Source: an uncultured Pseudomonadales bacterium
GTDB taxonomy: Bacteria > Patescibacteriota > Microgenomatia > UBA1400 > CG1-02-47-37
DNA: 59,323 nucleotides
Reading direction: 5' to 3'
NCBI GenBank assembly: GCA_964361885.1
Contig: CAYICL010000001.1
Coordinates: 1 to 59,323, forward strand
Position numbers and translations under genes: made by a program. The notes under the pieces were generated by a model, which saw nothing but the letters and a program-made list of their open reading frames with translations, searched no databases and had not been told where the DNA came from. This document shows, piece by piece, positions 45,686-53,727 of this stretch (its first letter is position 1; each line of letters begins with the position of its first letter).

Positions 45686-46803
45686 TTGATGACTTGGGGG
45701 CGGGTCTTCATATGTTTTTGATTAATTAACTTTTCCAACACCAGCCAGCGCTGTTTTTTTTCCTGAGCGGAAACGTCGTCTTTCATCTTGGCGGCTACGG
45801 TCCCCGGCCGGGGCGAATATTGGGCCACAAAAGCTACCTGCCAATTAACTTGGTTGGCTAAGTTAACCGTGTCCTGAAAATCCGATTTGGTTTCGCCGGG
45901 AAAACCGACAATAATATCCGTACCTAAGGTCAGGCCTTTAACTTTGGCTTTTAATTTTTTAACCAAATTAAAATAATCCTGCCAGGTATAGCCGCGGTTC
46001 ATCAGTTTTAAAATCTGGTTGGAGCCGGATTGAACCGGCAGGTGGACAAAGCGGTCAATGGCTTTATTTTTGGCAATACAATCAATCAGCGCATCGGAAA
46101 AATCCCAAGGATTGGAAGTCATAAATCTGATTAACTTTAATTGCTTAAAGTCACAAACCTGTTGCAAAAGTTTGACAAAAGGAGGAATGCCCTGATGCGG
46201 CCGGCTTTTGCGTAAACCGATACCGATTTTATCCAAACCATAAGAGTTAACATTTTGGCCCAGTAAAGTAATTTCCCGATAACCCTGATCGACAAGGGCG
46301 GCGATTTCCTGAAGAATTTCTTTTTCCGATCGGGAGGTTTCCCGGCCGCGGGAATACGGCACAATACAGTAGGAACAAAAAGAGTTGCAACCATTAGAAA
46401 TCGGCACCCAGGCATTAATTTTATCGCGCCTGACAGACGGCGAGTTAAAACCAACCTCGTTAATCGGCAGAATTTCATCAATAGTCGGCATCATGGCCAA
46501 AAGTTTGTCAGCGCCGTGATGAATCATGCAGCCGGTGAGGATAATTTTCCCCACTCCGCGTGAAGTTTCGTTGGGGGCAAGGTTCTGCTTTTTTAATTTT
46601 CCTAAATTTAGAAGCAAGCCAATGACCCGATCTTCGGCAGATTTACGAACACTGCAGGTATTAACCACAATTTCATCGGCGTCTTTATAAGTTTTGGCCG
46701 GCCGGAATCCCCGGCTTTGGTAGTCGCCGGCAATCCGCTCAGAATCGGCTTTGTTCATCTGGCAGCCGAAAGTGTAGATAAAGTAGGTTTTCAAATTTTT
46801 CAT
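45682..46803 (-). CDS. miaB: tRNA i6A37 methylthiotransferase MiaB, apparently without C-terminal TRAM domain
   Basis: The N-terminal cluster is YTFGCQMNKADSE and the radical-SAM motif is GCNSFCSYCIVPYSRG. The protein ends about 40 aa after the radical-SAM core (373 aa). SD AGAGGT is supplied by the REP copy 3 flank. Confidence 0.88.
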   Translation of the reverse strand: MKNLKTYFIYTFGCQMNKADSERIAGDYQSRGFRPAKTYKDADEIVVNTCSVRKSAEDRVIGLLLNLGKLKKQNLAPNETSRGVGKIILTGCMIHHGADKLLAMMPTIDEILPINEVGFNSPSVRRDKINAWVPISNGCNSFCSYCIVPYSRGRETSRSEKEILQEIAALVDQGYREITLLGQNVNSYGLDKIGIGLRKSRPHQGIPPFVKLLQQVCDFKQLKLIRFMTSNPWDFSDALIDCIAKNKAIDRFVHLPVQSGSNQILKLMNRGYTWQDYFNLVKKLKAKVKGLTLGTDIIVGFPGETKSDFQDTVNLANQVNWQVAFVAQYSPRPGTVAAKMKDDVSAQEKKQRWLVLEKLINQKHMKTRPQVIK

Positions 46804-46808
46804 AAATC

Positions 46809-46836
46809 TACCTCTATCACACTCCCGAGGTGTGAT
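46809..46836 (+). repeat. REP-like hairpin copy 3 (TACCTCT-ATCACAC-TCCCGAG-GTGTGAT)
   Basis: The 28-nt string is identical to copy 4. It lies in the 43-nt gap between the miaB start and the CPBP stop. Confidence 0.85.
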
Positions 46837-46846
46837 GAGATGAAAC

Positions 46847-47482
46847 TTAACCCAAACTAATTAGTATCAGGTACATTGAACCGATCAGGGCATGACTAAG
46901 CATTAATGCAAAAATGTTTCTGAATTTAAGAAAGTGTCCAGCCCACCACCAGCCTAAAATTAAACAACTCAAAGTTAAGAGCCAATTATTAAACGGAGTG
47001 TGAATGAGCATAAAAAATATGGCGGTGTAAAGCTTGAGAAAAATCGGTTTGGGAGAAATTAGCTCCAAGCGCGAAATAAGATAGCCGCGGTAAATAAATT
47101 CCTGAAGAGGAGCAGAGACTAAAATATGAATGAGAACCGAAAGGAAGACCGACGGCGTTTTCACTTCTTCAATCAGTAAAGGAATCGTGAACCGGTCATG
47201 GAACCAGTTGAAAACAACAAAAGTGAGTAACAGAGAAAAAACTGTCGGCGGGAGAATGGTTTTTAAGGAACCACACCAATCGTCCGGTTTTAACCCAAGT
47301 TGTTTGGCAGTAATTCTTTGGGTATAAATAATTGAACAAACATAAATCAAACTCGCGATTAAAACAGAAAGGCGCAGATGAATCCAGTCGGGTTTAAACT
47401 GCAACAAGATTAAGGGAAAAACAAGCAAATAACAGGTTTCCATCACTAAAAAAATCCGGCTAGCAAAAACTCGCTTTAACAT
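46847..47482 (-). CDS. CPBP-family intramembrane glutamic endopeptidase (CAAX/Abi-like)
   Basis: Motifs LQEFIYRGYL (ExxxR), FFMLIHTP (FxxxH) and SHALIGS. About 6 TM segments. Confidence 0.75.
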   Translation of the reverse strand: MLKRVFASRIFLVMETCYLLVFPLILLQFKPDWIHLRLSVLIASLIYVCSIIYTQRITAKQLGLKPDDWCGSLKTILPPTVFSLLLTFVVFNWFHDRFTIPLLIEEVKTPSVFLSVLIHILVSAPLQEFIYRGYLISRLELISPKPIFLKLYTAIFFMLIHTPFNNWLLTLSCLILGWWWAGHFLKFRNIFALMLSHALIGSMYLILISLG

Positions 47483-47488
47483 AATAGT

Positions 47489-47494
47489 ATTTTA
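47489..47494 (-). promoter_or_regulatory. -10 TAAAAT, 6 nt from CPBP ATG, abutting REP copy 4
   Basis: The minus strand reads GTGTGATAGAGG-TAAAAT-ACTATT-ATG. Confidence 0.35.
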
Positions 47495-47520
47495 CCTCTA
47501 TCACACTCCCGAGGTGTGAT
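47493..47520 (+). repeat. REP-like hairpin copy 4
   Basis: Identical 28-mer to copy 3 in the same orientation. It contains the stop codon and last codons of 47501..49144. Confidence 0.85.
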
Positions 47521-49144
47521 TATTCTTGGGAAAGAAAATTAAGGCGCAAGCAAATAATCCAAGGCTAATAACTGACAAACTATCGCCGAGACGGCGGGCG
47601 GGAGTGTGTTCGGTAAAAGTGGTGGCAATGGTGTGAGTGCCGGGAGTAAGTTGATAACCGATTAAACCGGGATGGTCAGGGTTTTGATAGTCGATTGGAG
47701 CGGGCTGACCGTCAATTTTAAGCTCCCAGCCGGGAAAATAGGCGGTCTTTTCTAATATGGCGGTGTCTTTATCAACCGTAATTTCGTAAACATGGGTTTG
47801 AGTTTGCCAAAGAGTTAGCTTAAAGTTGTCAGCGCCAACCACTTTATCGGTCGAATTATAAAGGGGCGCGTTTTTGGCTTCATCAAACCAAATCGGCATG
47901 GCTTCCTGGCCGACCGTGGTGGTGAAGGGAAACAGGTGATAATAATGATTTGGCCAGTTAAAGCCGCCTTGCGGCTTGGCAATAATTAAGGCGTAAACTG
48001 TGGCAGACAGAGCTAAAAACAAACCGAGTTTTGGTTTTTGATTAGCCACAAAAGCAGCCAGCCAAACCGAGGCTAAAGTGACAAATAACAATAAACGCCA
48101 AGGGTACTGGATAAAATTAAGGACAGGTAAGACACGCCAGATAAAACCGGAAATTGGCAAAGTTAAAAATAAATAAACCAAGAAAGTTAAAGCAAAAAAT
48201 AGCCAGACCGAGGTTAATTTTTTAATTTTTTTCTGAAACAGAAAAGTTATGATCGCGATTAAAACTATTGCCCAATGAAACGGACCTAATTGAAAAGAAA
48301 AGCCGTCTTTGGTTCCGAGAACAGAATAACCAAAGCCCCAGCTGGAATACAATAATTGTAAAAATGAAGGAAAGTGGGCTAAATAGCCGGCAGAATCAAA
48401 GTACTTTAAATAAGTAAACTGTTTTTCCAAAAGCACCGGCAGCCAGAAAAACAAGCTTAAACCCAGGCTTAAAACAAAAGGAGCCAGGTTTAAAAACCAA
48501 GAGCGCCGGTTTAATAAACTAAAAAGAAAGATTAAGGGCAGGCCAAAAAGGACAGTAATATTATGAGTTAATAAAAATAAAAATAAAAGGATTGTCGTCA
48601 GGAAAAATTTGAAGCGGCCAGGTTTGGCTTGATAAAGTTTAATAAATAAAAGAATTAAGGGAAATAGAGCCAAGGCCAGAGTTTCGCCCGGACTGCCACG
48701 CACCCAAATAACGACTAAGGGGTAAATGGCAGACAGAGAAAAAAGCCCACCGCAAAAAGCCGCCAAAGGCTTAAAATATCGGCGTAAAAACAAATACCAG
48801 AAAAGACTGCCAAGAATATAGGTGCCGGCAATCACAATTTTTAGACTGGTTTCAAAAGAAAGATTGGCCTTGGAAACAATTAGGCTTAAAAATTCAGGCA
48901 GGTAATAGTTGAAGTTAAAGACAGGGTAACCAAAACCGTGATTTAAGTTGGTCGCCCAACGGAAGGGAAAATGGCGCTGGCGAACCGCCAAATCCAAATT
49001 AGCCAGGCGGGCCAGATGGTTCTGGCCGTCATGAGTGGATGGAAAAGTGGGCAAAAAGAAAAATCGGATAAAAATCAAGCCAACCACTGTTAGTAAAATC
49101 AGGGCCAGCCAATCTTTTTTTAACTTAACTGGAGGCGGAAGCAT
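47501..49144 (-). CDS. large polytopic membrane protein, GT-C glycosyltransferase-like / PTPS-related membrane family
   Basis: 547 aa. The N-terminal block PSTHDGQNHLARL..FPFRWATNLNHGFGYPVFNFNYYLP is followed by more than 10 TM segments and a soluble C-terminal beta-rich domain. The family call is from memory. Confidence 0.45.
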   Translation of the reverse strand: MLPPPVKLKKDWLALILLTVVGLIFIRFFFLPTFPSTHDGQNHLARLANLDLAVRQRHFPFRWATNLNHGFGYPVFNFNYYLPEFLSLIVSKANLSFETSLKIVIAGTYILGSLFWYLFLRRYFKPLAAFCGGLFSLSAIYPLVVIWVRGSPGETLALALFPLILLFIKLYQAKPGRFKFFLTTILLFLFLLTHNITVLFGLPLIFLFSLLNRRSWFLNLAPFVLSLGLSLFFWLPVLLEKQFTYLKYFDSAGYLAHFPSFLQLLYSSWGFGYSVLGTKDGFSFQLGPFHWAIVLIAIITFLFQKKIKKLTSVWLFFALTFLVYLFLTLPISGFIWRVLPVLNFIQYPWRLLLFVTLASVWLAAFVANQKPKLGLFLALSATVYALIIAKPQGGFNWPNHYYHLFPFTTTVGQEAMPIWFDEAKNAPLYNSTDKVVGADNFKLTLWQTQTHVYEITVDKDTAILEKTAYFPGWELKIDGQPAPIDYQNPDHPGLIGYQLTPGTHTIATTFTEHTPARRLGDSLSVISLGLFACALIFFPKNNHTSGV

Positions 49145-49904
49145 AGGTCTTTAAACTATAGTACCAGAATTTTAAGGATAAGTAATAAAAAACCAAAGCA
49201 AAGCTTATCGTTAAAAAAATTAAGGCCGGATTTAATAAACCATATAAAGCTTTGGCTGGAAAAGTATAAATCAGACCAATAGGAATGACAAAAGTCAAAA
49301 ATGTCCGGACGGCTTCGGAATAAATATCCACCGGAACCTGAGCCATGCCGGATAAATTTCTGAATATCCAGATAGTATGATCGACTTCGGTGGTAATGAC
49401 ACCGAGGGCGGAGACAAAAATGTGAACGCCGGTTAAAATCACCATGGAGATTAAACTTAATAAGCTAAAAACCAATAAATCCTGCCAAGCAACAAACGGC
49501 AAACGAATGATTAAAACCACGATGACAATAAATAATTGAGGGATGTCTAAAAAGTCGGTGTGAGAAGTTAAGATTTGAAATAAAGGATTTAAAGGCTTGA
49601 CTAATTTAAAATCAAGATCGCCGGAAAGAATATCGCTTCTAAACCAATAGACACCGCGGTAAAACAGCTGGCCGGCAAGATCAAATAAATTGTAAATTAA
49701 GAAAAAAATTACCAATTGGTCAACATTGTAGCCGGATACCAGTTTAATTTTTTCTTTGATAGCAAATAAAAAACCAAGCATAAAGCCAAAACGCAGTAAT
49801 TTGCCGGTGATAAATAAAACCGACGACAGTTTATCGGCAATCAGAGATTCAAAAGTCAGTTCGCTGGTTTTTAACCAATAAATAAGGTAACGTTTTAAAT
49901 TCAT
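49125..49904 (-). CDS. ABC-2 type transporter permease (B)
   Basis: 259 aa with 6 TM segments. It is a paralog of 51779..52564 (both end ..LK.Y.SASS) and overlaps the downstream gene by 20 nt. Confidence 0.7.
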   Translation of the reverse strand: MNLKRYLIYWLKTSELTFESLIADKLSSVLFITGKLLRFGFMLGFLFAIKEKIKLVSGYNVDQLVIFFLIYNLFDLAGQLFYRGVYWFRSDILSGDLDFKLVKPLNPLFQILTSHTDFLDIPQLFIVIVVLIIRLPFVAWQDLLVFSLLSLISMVILTGVHIFVSALGVITTEVDHTIWIFRNLSGMAQVPVDIYSEAVRTFLTFVIPIGLIYTFPAKALYGLLNPALIFLTISFALVFYYLSLKFWYYSLKTYASASS

Positions 49905-49908
49905 AAAG

Positions 49909-50709
49909 TCAGCGGCCGTAAGCGCCGTAATTTTTAATACCTTTTCGCCAGACTAAACGGAAAGATAAGTAAAAAGCGATCAGCCAAAATACGGTAATCA
50001 GGAAGATGGAAATAATTTGATTGGTATCTACCCGGTTAAGCCAAATCTGGGTGGGGTAAAAAACCAAGTAGCCAAATGGTAATATTTGAAAAATTTTGAC
50101 CACCAGCGGCGGAAAAATATCCAAAGGAATAGTGGAACCGGAAAGAAAATCCAAAAGCATTGTAAATAAAAACCGCAAGGGCCAACCATTATGTTCCGGA
50201 TGCCAAAAAGCAAAAGTACTGACTAAAAAACTTAAGAAAAAATAGATTAAGGCGGCCAGTAAACTGATAATAAAAAAACTAACGGTTTGAAAAAGCGTAG
50301 CGGGTAAAACAATGATTGGCCGGAGAATAAAATAAAGCACCAGAATTTCTATGGAAAAAAAGGCCAGGTTTAAGGCTTTATCGGCCAAGTCCCGGGTTAA
50401 CCAGTATTTAAAATAGCCGAGCGGCTTAATTAAATAATTGCTTAAATCACCAGTGGCAATTTCCATACAGGCGCTGTAGCTGACATTGCTAAAAACCAGG
50501 TTTCTTAAAAAGGCGGTGACGAAAATATAGGTTAATAAAAGCGGCGGGTTATAGCCGGCAATATTTTGATTGCTCTTAACAATGGCTAACCAAAATAGAT
50601 AACTGGCTAAAAAACCGATAATGGAGCGCACACGCCACATGACAAAATTAAGGCGGTAAGTTAAAGCATTTTGCCAGGAAAGACGAAAAATTATCCAGTA
50701 TTTTTTCAT
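49909..50709 (-). CDS. ABC-2 type transporter permease (A)
   Basis: 266 aa. It is a paralog of 52567..53367 (both the same length, ending ..(R/K)GIKNY.A.G.). Confidence 0.7.
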   Translation of the reverse strand: MKKYWIIFRLSWQNALTYRLNFVMWRVRSIIGFLASYLFWLAIVKSNQNIAGYNPPLLLTYIFVTAFLRNLVFSNVSYSACMEIATGDLSNYLIKPLGYFKYWLTRDLADKALNLAFFSIEILVLYFILRPIIVLPATLFQTVSFFIISLLAALIYFFLSFLVSTFAFWHPEHNGWPLRFLFTMLLDFLSGSTIPLDIFPPLVVKIFQILPFGYLVFYPTQIWLNRVDTNQIISIFLITVFWLIAFYLSFRLVWRKGIKNYGAYGR

Positions 50710-51699
50710 TTAAGACAGATCCCTGCCGGTAAAAACTTCACGAATAATGTCTTCAATAGAACTTTCGGTAATATTTAAGTCAGCCACATGGAACTTGGTT
50801 AAAAGCTTGGCGGCTACCTGATTGGTCAGCTGGCGTTTGACCGAAAAAACCACCCGGGGAGGATTAAAGGATTTGATTTTGGCAGCTTTAATGACACTAA
50901 AGGCCCTTTTTTCGATCGGACCGGAAAAAACCACTTCCAAAATTTTCCGGTCGGCGTGCTTTTTAATAATTTCATCTAACCGGCCGTCGAAAAATATCTG
51001 GCCTTTGTCGATGATAATCACCCGGTCGCAGAGCTCTTTAACGTCATCCATGTAATGGGAAGTAAGAATAATGGTGGCTTTAAACTGTTGGTTGTAGCTG
51101 TTTAAGAAATCGCGGATCTTTTTTTGCATGACCACGTCCAAACCGATAGTGGGTTCGTCCAAAAACAAGACTTTGGGTGAGTGAAGCAAAGCGGCCACCA
51201 GCTCGCATTTCATCCGCTGACCTAGGGACAGTTTTCTGACCTGGACTTTGATGACATCCTTAAGATCAAGCATCTCAACCAGTTGGTTTAAAGCGGCGTC
51301 AAACTGACCGGTGGGGATTTCATAGATTTCTTTGTTTAAAAGAAACGAGTCCAAGGCAGGCAGGTCCCACCATAATTGGTTTTTCTGGCCCATGACTAAA
51401 GAGAACTGTTTTTGAAAAGCGGTTTTGCGGTCAAAAGGAGTAAAGCCCAGAACGCTGACAGCGCCAGAAGTGGGATATAAAAGGCCGGAAAGAACTTTTA
51501 AGGTGGTGGTTTTGCCGGCGCCGTTGGGGCCGATAAAGCCGACCAGCTCCCCTTCGTCAATAGAAAAGCTGATATCGTTAACGGCTTTGACGTCTTCGTA
51601 TTTCCGGTGCAATAAAGATTTAACTGAACCGATTAAACCGGGCTCTTTTTTATAAACCCGGTAATATTTTTTTAAATTAGAAACCGAAATAACGGACAT
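50710..51699 (-). CDS. ABC transporter ATP-binding protein
   Basis: Walker A GPNGAGKTT, signature LSLGQRMK, Walker B VLFLDEPT and H-loop SHYM. Confidence 0.94.
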   Translation of the reverse strand: MSVISVSNLKKYYRVYKKEPGLIGSVKSLLHRKYEDVKAVNDISFSIDEGELVGFIGPNGAGKTTTLKVLSGLLYPTSGAVSVLGFTPFDRKTAFQKQFSLVMGQKNQLWWDLPALDSFLLNKEIYEIPTGQFDAALNQLVEMLDLKDVIKVQVRKLSLGQRMKCELVAALLHSPKVLFLDEPTIGLDVVMQKKIRDFLNSYNQQFKATIILTSHYMDDVKELCDRVIIIDKGQIFFDGRLDEIIKKHADRKILEVVFSGPIEKRAFSVIKAAKIKSFNPPRVVFSVKRQLTNQVAAKLLTKFHVADLNITESSIEDIIREVFTGRDLS

Positions 51700-51751
51700 G
51701 AACTAATTCTATCACGAAAAAAAATTATGGGAGGAAAAAATTCTCGACCCC

Positions 51752-51772
51752 TATCACACCTCGGGAGTGTGA
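51752..51772 (+). repeat. REP-like hairpin copy 5 (ATCACAC-CTCGGGA-GTGTGAT)
   Basis: The 5' flank ACCCCT resembles the ACCTCT of copies 3 and 4, but the loop is the reverse complement. It lies in the 79-nt gap between permease B' and the ATPase gene. Confidence 0.85.
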
Positions 51773-51778
51773 TTACTA

Positions 51779-52564
51779 TTAACTGGAGGCGGAGGAATAA
51801 TGCTTAAGGCTAAATTGCCATGCCCGGTGCGACAGCCAAAGCAAAAAAACGGCGGCAAAAACGCCGTAAACAACCAAGCCTAAAGATAAATGGCCAAATA
51901 AGCTTTTAGCCGGAATGGTCGCCACAAAGGCCAAAGGCATAACATAGGTCAAAAAGAGGCGGAATTTACCGGTGACGTCAATCGGAATCCGGCAAAGCTG
52001 GTGAACCGGCCGAAACAGATGCTGAATGTTGTCTACCCGACCCCACCAAAAAATGGGTAAAAGGCTCATAAACCATAAAGAGTAAGTAATCACTACCGAA
52101 ACAAGAATTAAAATTATGAAAGTGAAAATTTGCAGCCAGGATATTGGCCAAAAGTAACGCTGACATAAATAAATAATTGTCAGCAGCATGGTGAGATTGG
52201 AAAATACCATGGCAAAGGAAAATTGACGCAAAGAAACGACAAACTGGGAATTAACCGGCTTGGTTAAAACCAAGTCCAAATTGCCGGTGTTGACTAAAGT
52301 CACGAAGTTACCAAAATTGATTTCAAAAAAAGAGTCAAAGATCCTGTCAACGAGAAAATAAACGGCGGTTAATAAAAGCATCTTTTCCAAAGTCCAACCA
52401 TTAACTACATCCACATACCGGTAAATAAAGAAAAAAACCATCATGACAATGATCGCCCAAGTGAAAGTAATGGCGTTATTAAGAATAAAGTGGCTTCTGA
52501 ATTCCATCTCCCGGATCAGACAGTTTTTAAAAAAGGCCCAGTAGAGTTTTAAATAACGCTTCAT
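51779..52564 (-). CDS. ABC-2 type transporter permease (B')
   Basis: The ATG at 52564 (MKRYLKLYW..) parallels MNLKRYLIYW of paralog B. The tracked start at 52579 is TTG. Confidence 0.7.
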   Translation of the reverse strand: MKRYLKLYWAFFKNCLIREMEFRSHFILNNAITFTWAIIVMMVFFFIYRYVDVVNGWTLEKMLLLTAVYFLVDRIFDSFFEINFGNFVTLVNTGNLDLVLTKPVNSQFVVSLRQFSFAMVFSNLTMLLTIIYLCQRYFWPISWLQIFTFIILILVSVVITYSLWFMSLLPIFWWGRVDNIQHLFRPVHQLCRIPIDVTGKFRLFLTYVMPLAFVATIPAKSLFGHLSLGLVVYGVFAAVFLLWLSHRAWQFSLKHYSSASS

Positions 52565-52566
52565 AC

Positions 52567-53367
52567 TTAACCGCCGCAAGCGCAGTAATTTTTAATACCG
52601 CGTTTAAGAACCAGGCGATAAAGCCAATAAAAAAAGGTGGCCCAGAAACATGCTAATAATAAGCCCCCGATTAATTCTGAAGTCTGATTGACCCGATTTA
52701 AGATTAAAGACAGGGGAAAGTAAAGCATGTATTTGAAAGGCAGCCAGTTGTTGACTGTCAGCAAAGTTTGAGGCAATAAGTCCAAAGGAATCAGTTCACC
52801 GCTAAAAAGACCGGAAATAATAGTAAAGCTGTTAAATAACCAGCCTGATTCGGTGAACCAAATGGCAGTCAAACCTAAAATCATTTTGATAAAAAAATTA
52901 ATTAAAAAAGCGGCAAATAGACTAACGACAAATAAGCACAAGTTTAAGGCACTAAAAGACAGCCCCTGAAGGGCGGAAGAAAAAAGCCACCATAAAATCA
53001 GAATCGCCGGCAGAAAAAACAACACCCTGACCGTTCTCCAGGAAATAGCGCTGGCAATTTTAAAAACGGCTAAGTTAATGGGTTTAACCAAATAGTTGGA
53101 AAAAACGCCGGTGCGGATTTCGTCGGACAAAATATATTGCGGATGAGTGGCCACCAAACTATTAATCAGCATGACGCCAAAATAATAGAAAACTATTGAA
53201 GCGACAGCGTAGCCGCCGATAGTAAGATGAGTTTTAAAAACGGCTAACCAGAAGAAAAGGGCCACCATGGCCGGGCCAATATCATTTAACATCCAGATAA
53301 AACCGGTGGCCCGGTAAACCAGAGCATCAGATAAAGCCACTTTGTAAAAAGCTAAGAATTTCCTCAT
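52567..53367 (-). CDS. ABC-2 type transporter permease (A')
   Basis: 266 aa with 6 TM segments. A -10 TACAAT (53379-53374) lies 6 nt from the ATG. Confidence 0.7.
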   Translation of the reverse strand: MRKFLAFYKVALSDALVYRATGFIWMLNDIGPAMVALFFWLAVFKTHLTIGGYAVASIVFYYFGVMLINSLVATHPQYILSDEIRTGVFSNYLVKPINLAVFKIASAISWRTVRVLFFLPAILILWWLFSSALQGLSFSALNLCLFVVSLFAAFLINFFIKMILGLTAIWFTESGWLFNSFTIISGLFSGELIPLDLLPQTLLTVNNWLPFKYMLYFPLSLILNRVNQTSELIGGLLLACFWATFFYWLYRLVLKRGIKNYCACGG

Positions 53368-53391
53368 GAGACAATTGTAGCAAGAGAAGAA

Positions 53392-53664
53392 CTACTTAAC
53401 CAAACGCTTGAGAGTTTTGCCGACCAGGAAACGGACCACCCGATGACCTTTGATCATCAGGTCCTCACCGGTTTGGGGGTTACGGCCTTTTTTGTCTTTG
53501 ACTTTGGAGATTTTGAAGGTGCCAAAGCCGGAAAGAACCACTTTTTCGCCTTTGTCGATCTGGCGGATAACTTCATCCAAAAAAGCGTCAATCGCTTCGC
53601 GGCTGGCTTTTTTGGTTAAGTGAGCTTTTTTGGCAATGATTTCGACAATCTCGGCTTTGGTCAT
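53392..53664 (-). CDS. hup: HU-family DNA-binding protein
   Basis: 90 aa with MTKAEIVEIIAKKAHLTKK..GFGTFKISKVKDKKGRNPQTGE. The promoter TTGATT-17-TAATAT lies upstream. Confidence 0.92.
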   Translation of the reverse strand: MTKAEIVEIIAKKAHLTKKASREAIDAFLDEVIRQIDKGEKVVLSGFGTFKISKVKDKKGRNPQTGEDLMIKGHRVVRFLVGKTLKRLVK

Positions 53665-53727
53665 ACTAAAAAATATATTAGCTGGTATATCAAGCTAAAT
53701 CAAGTACCAATTTAAACAATTAAATTG

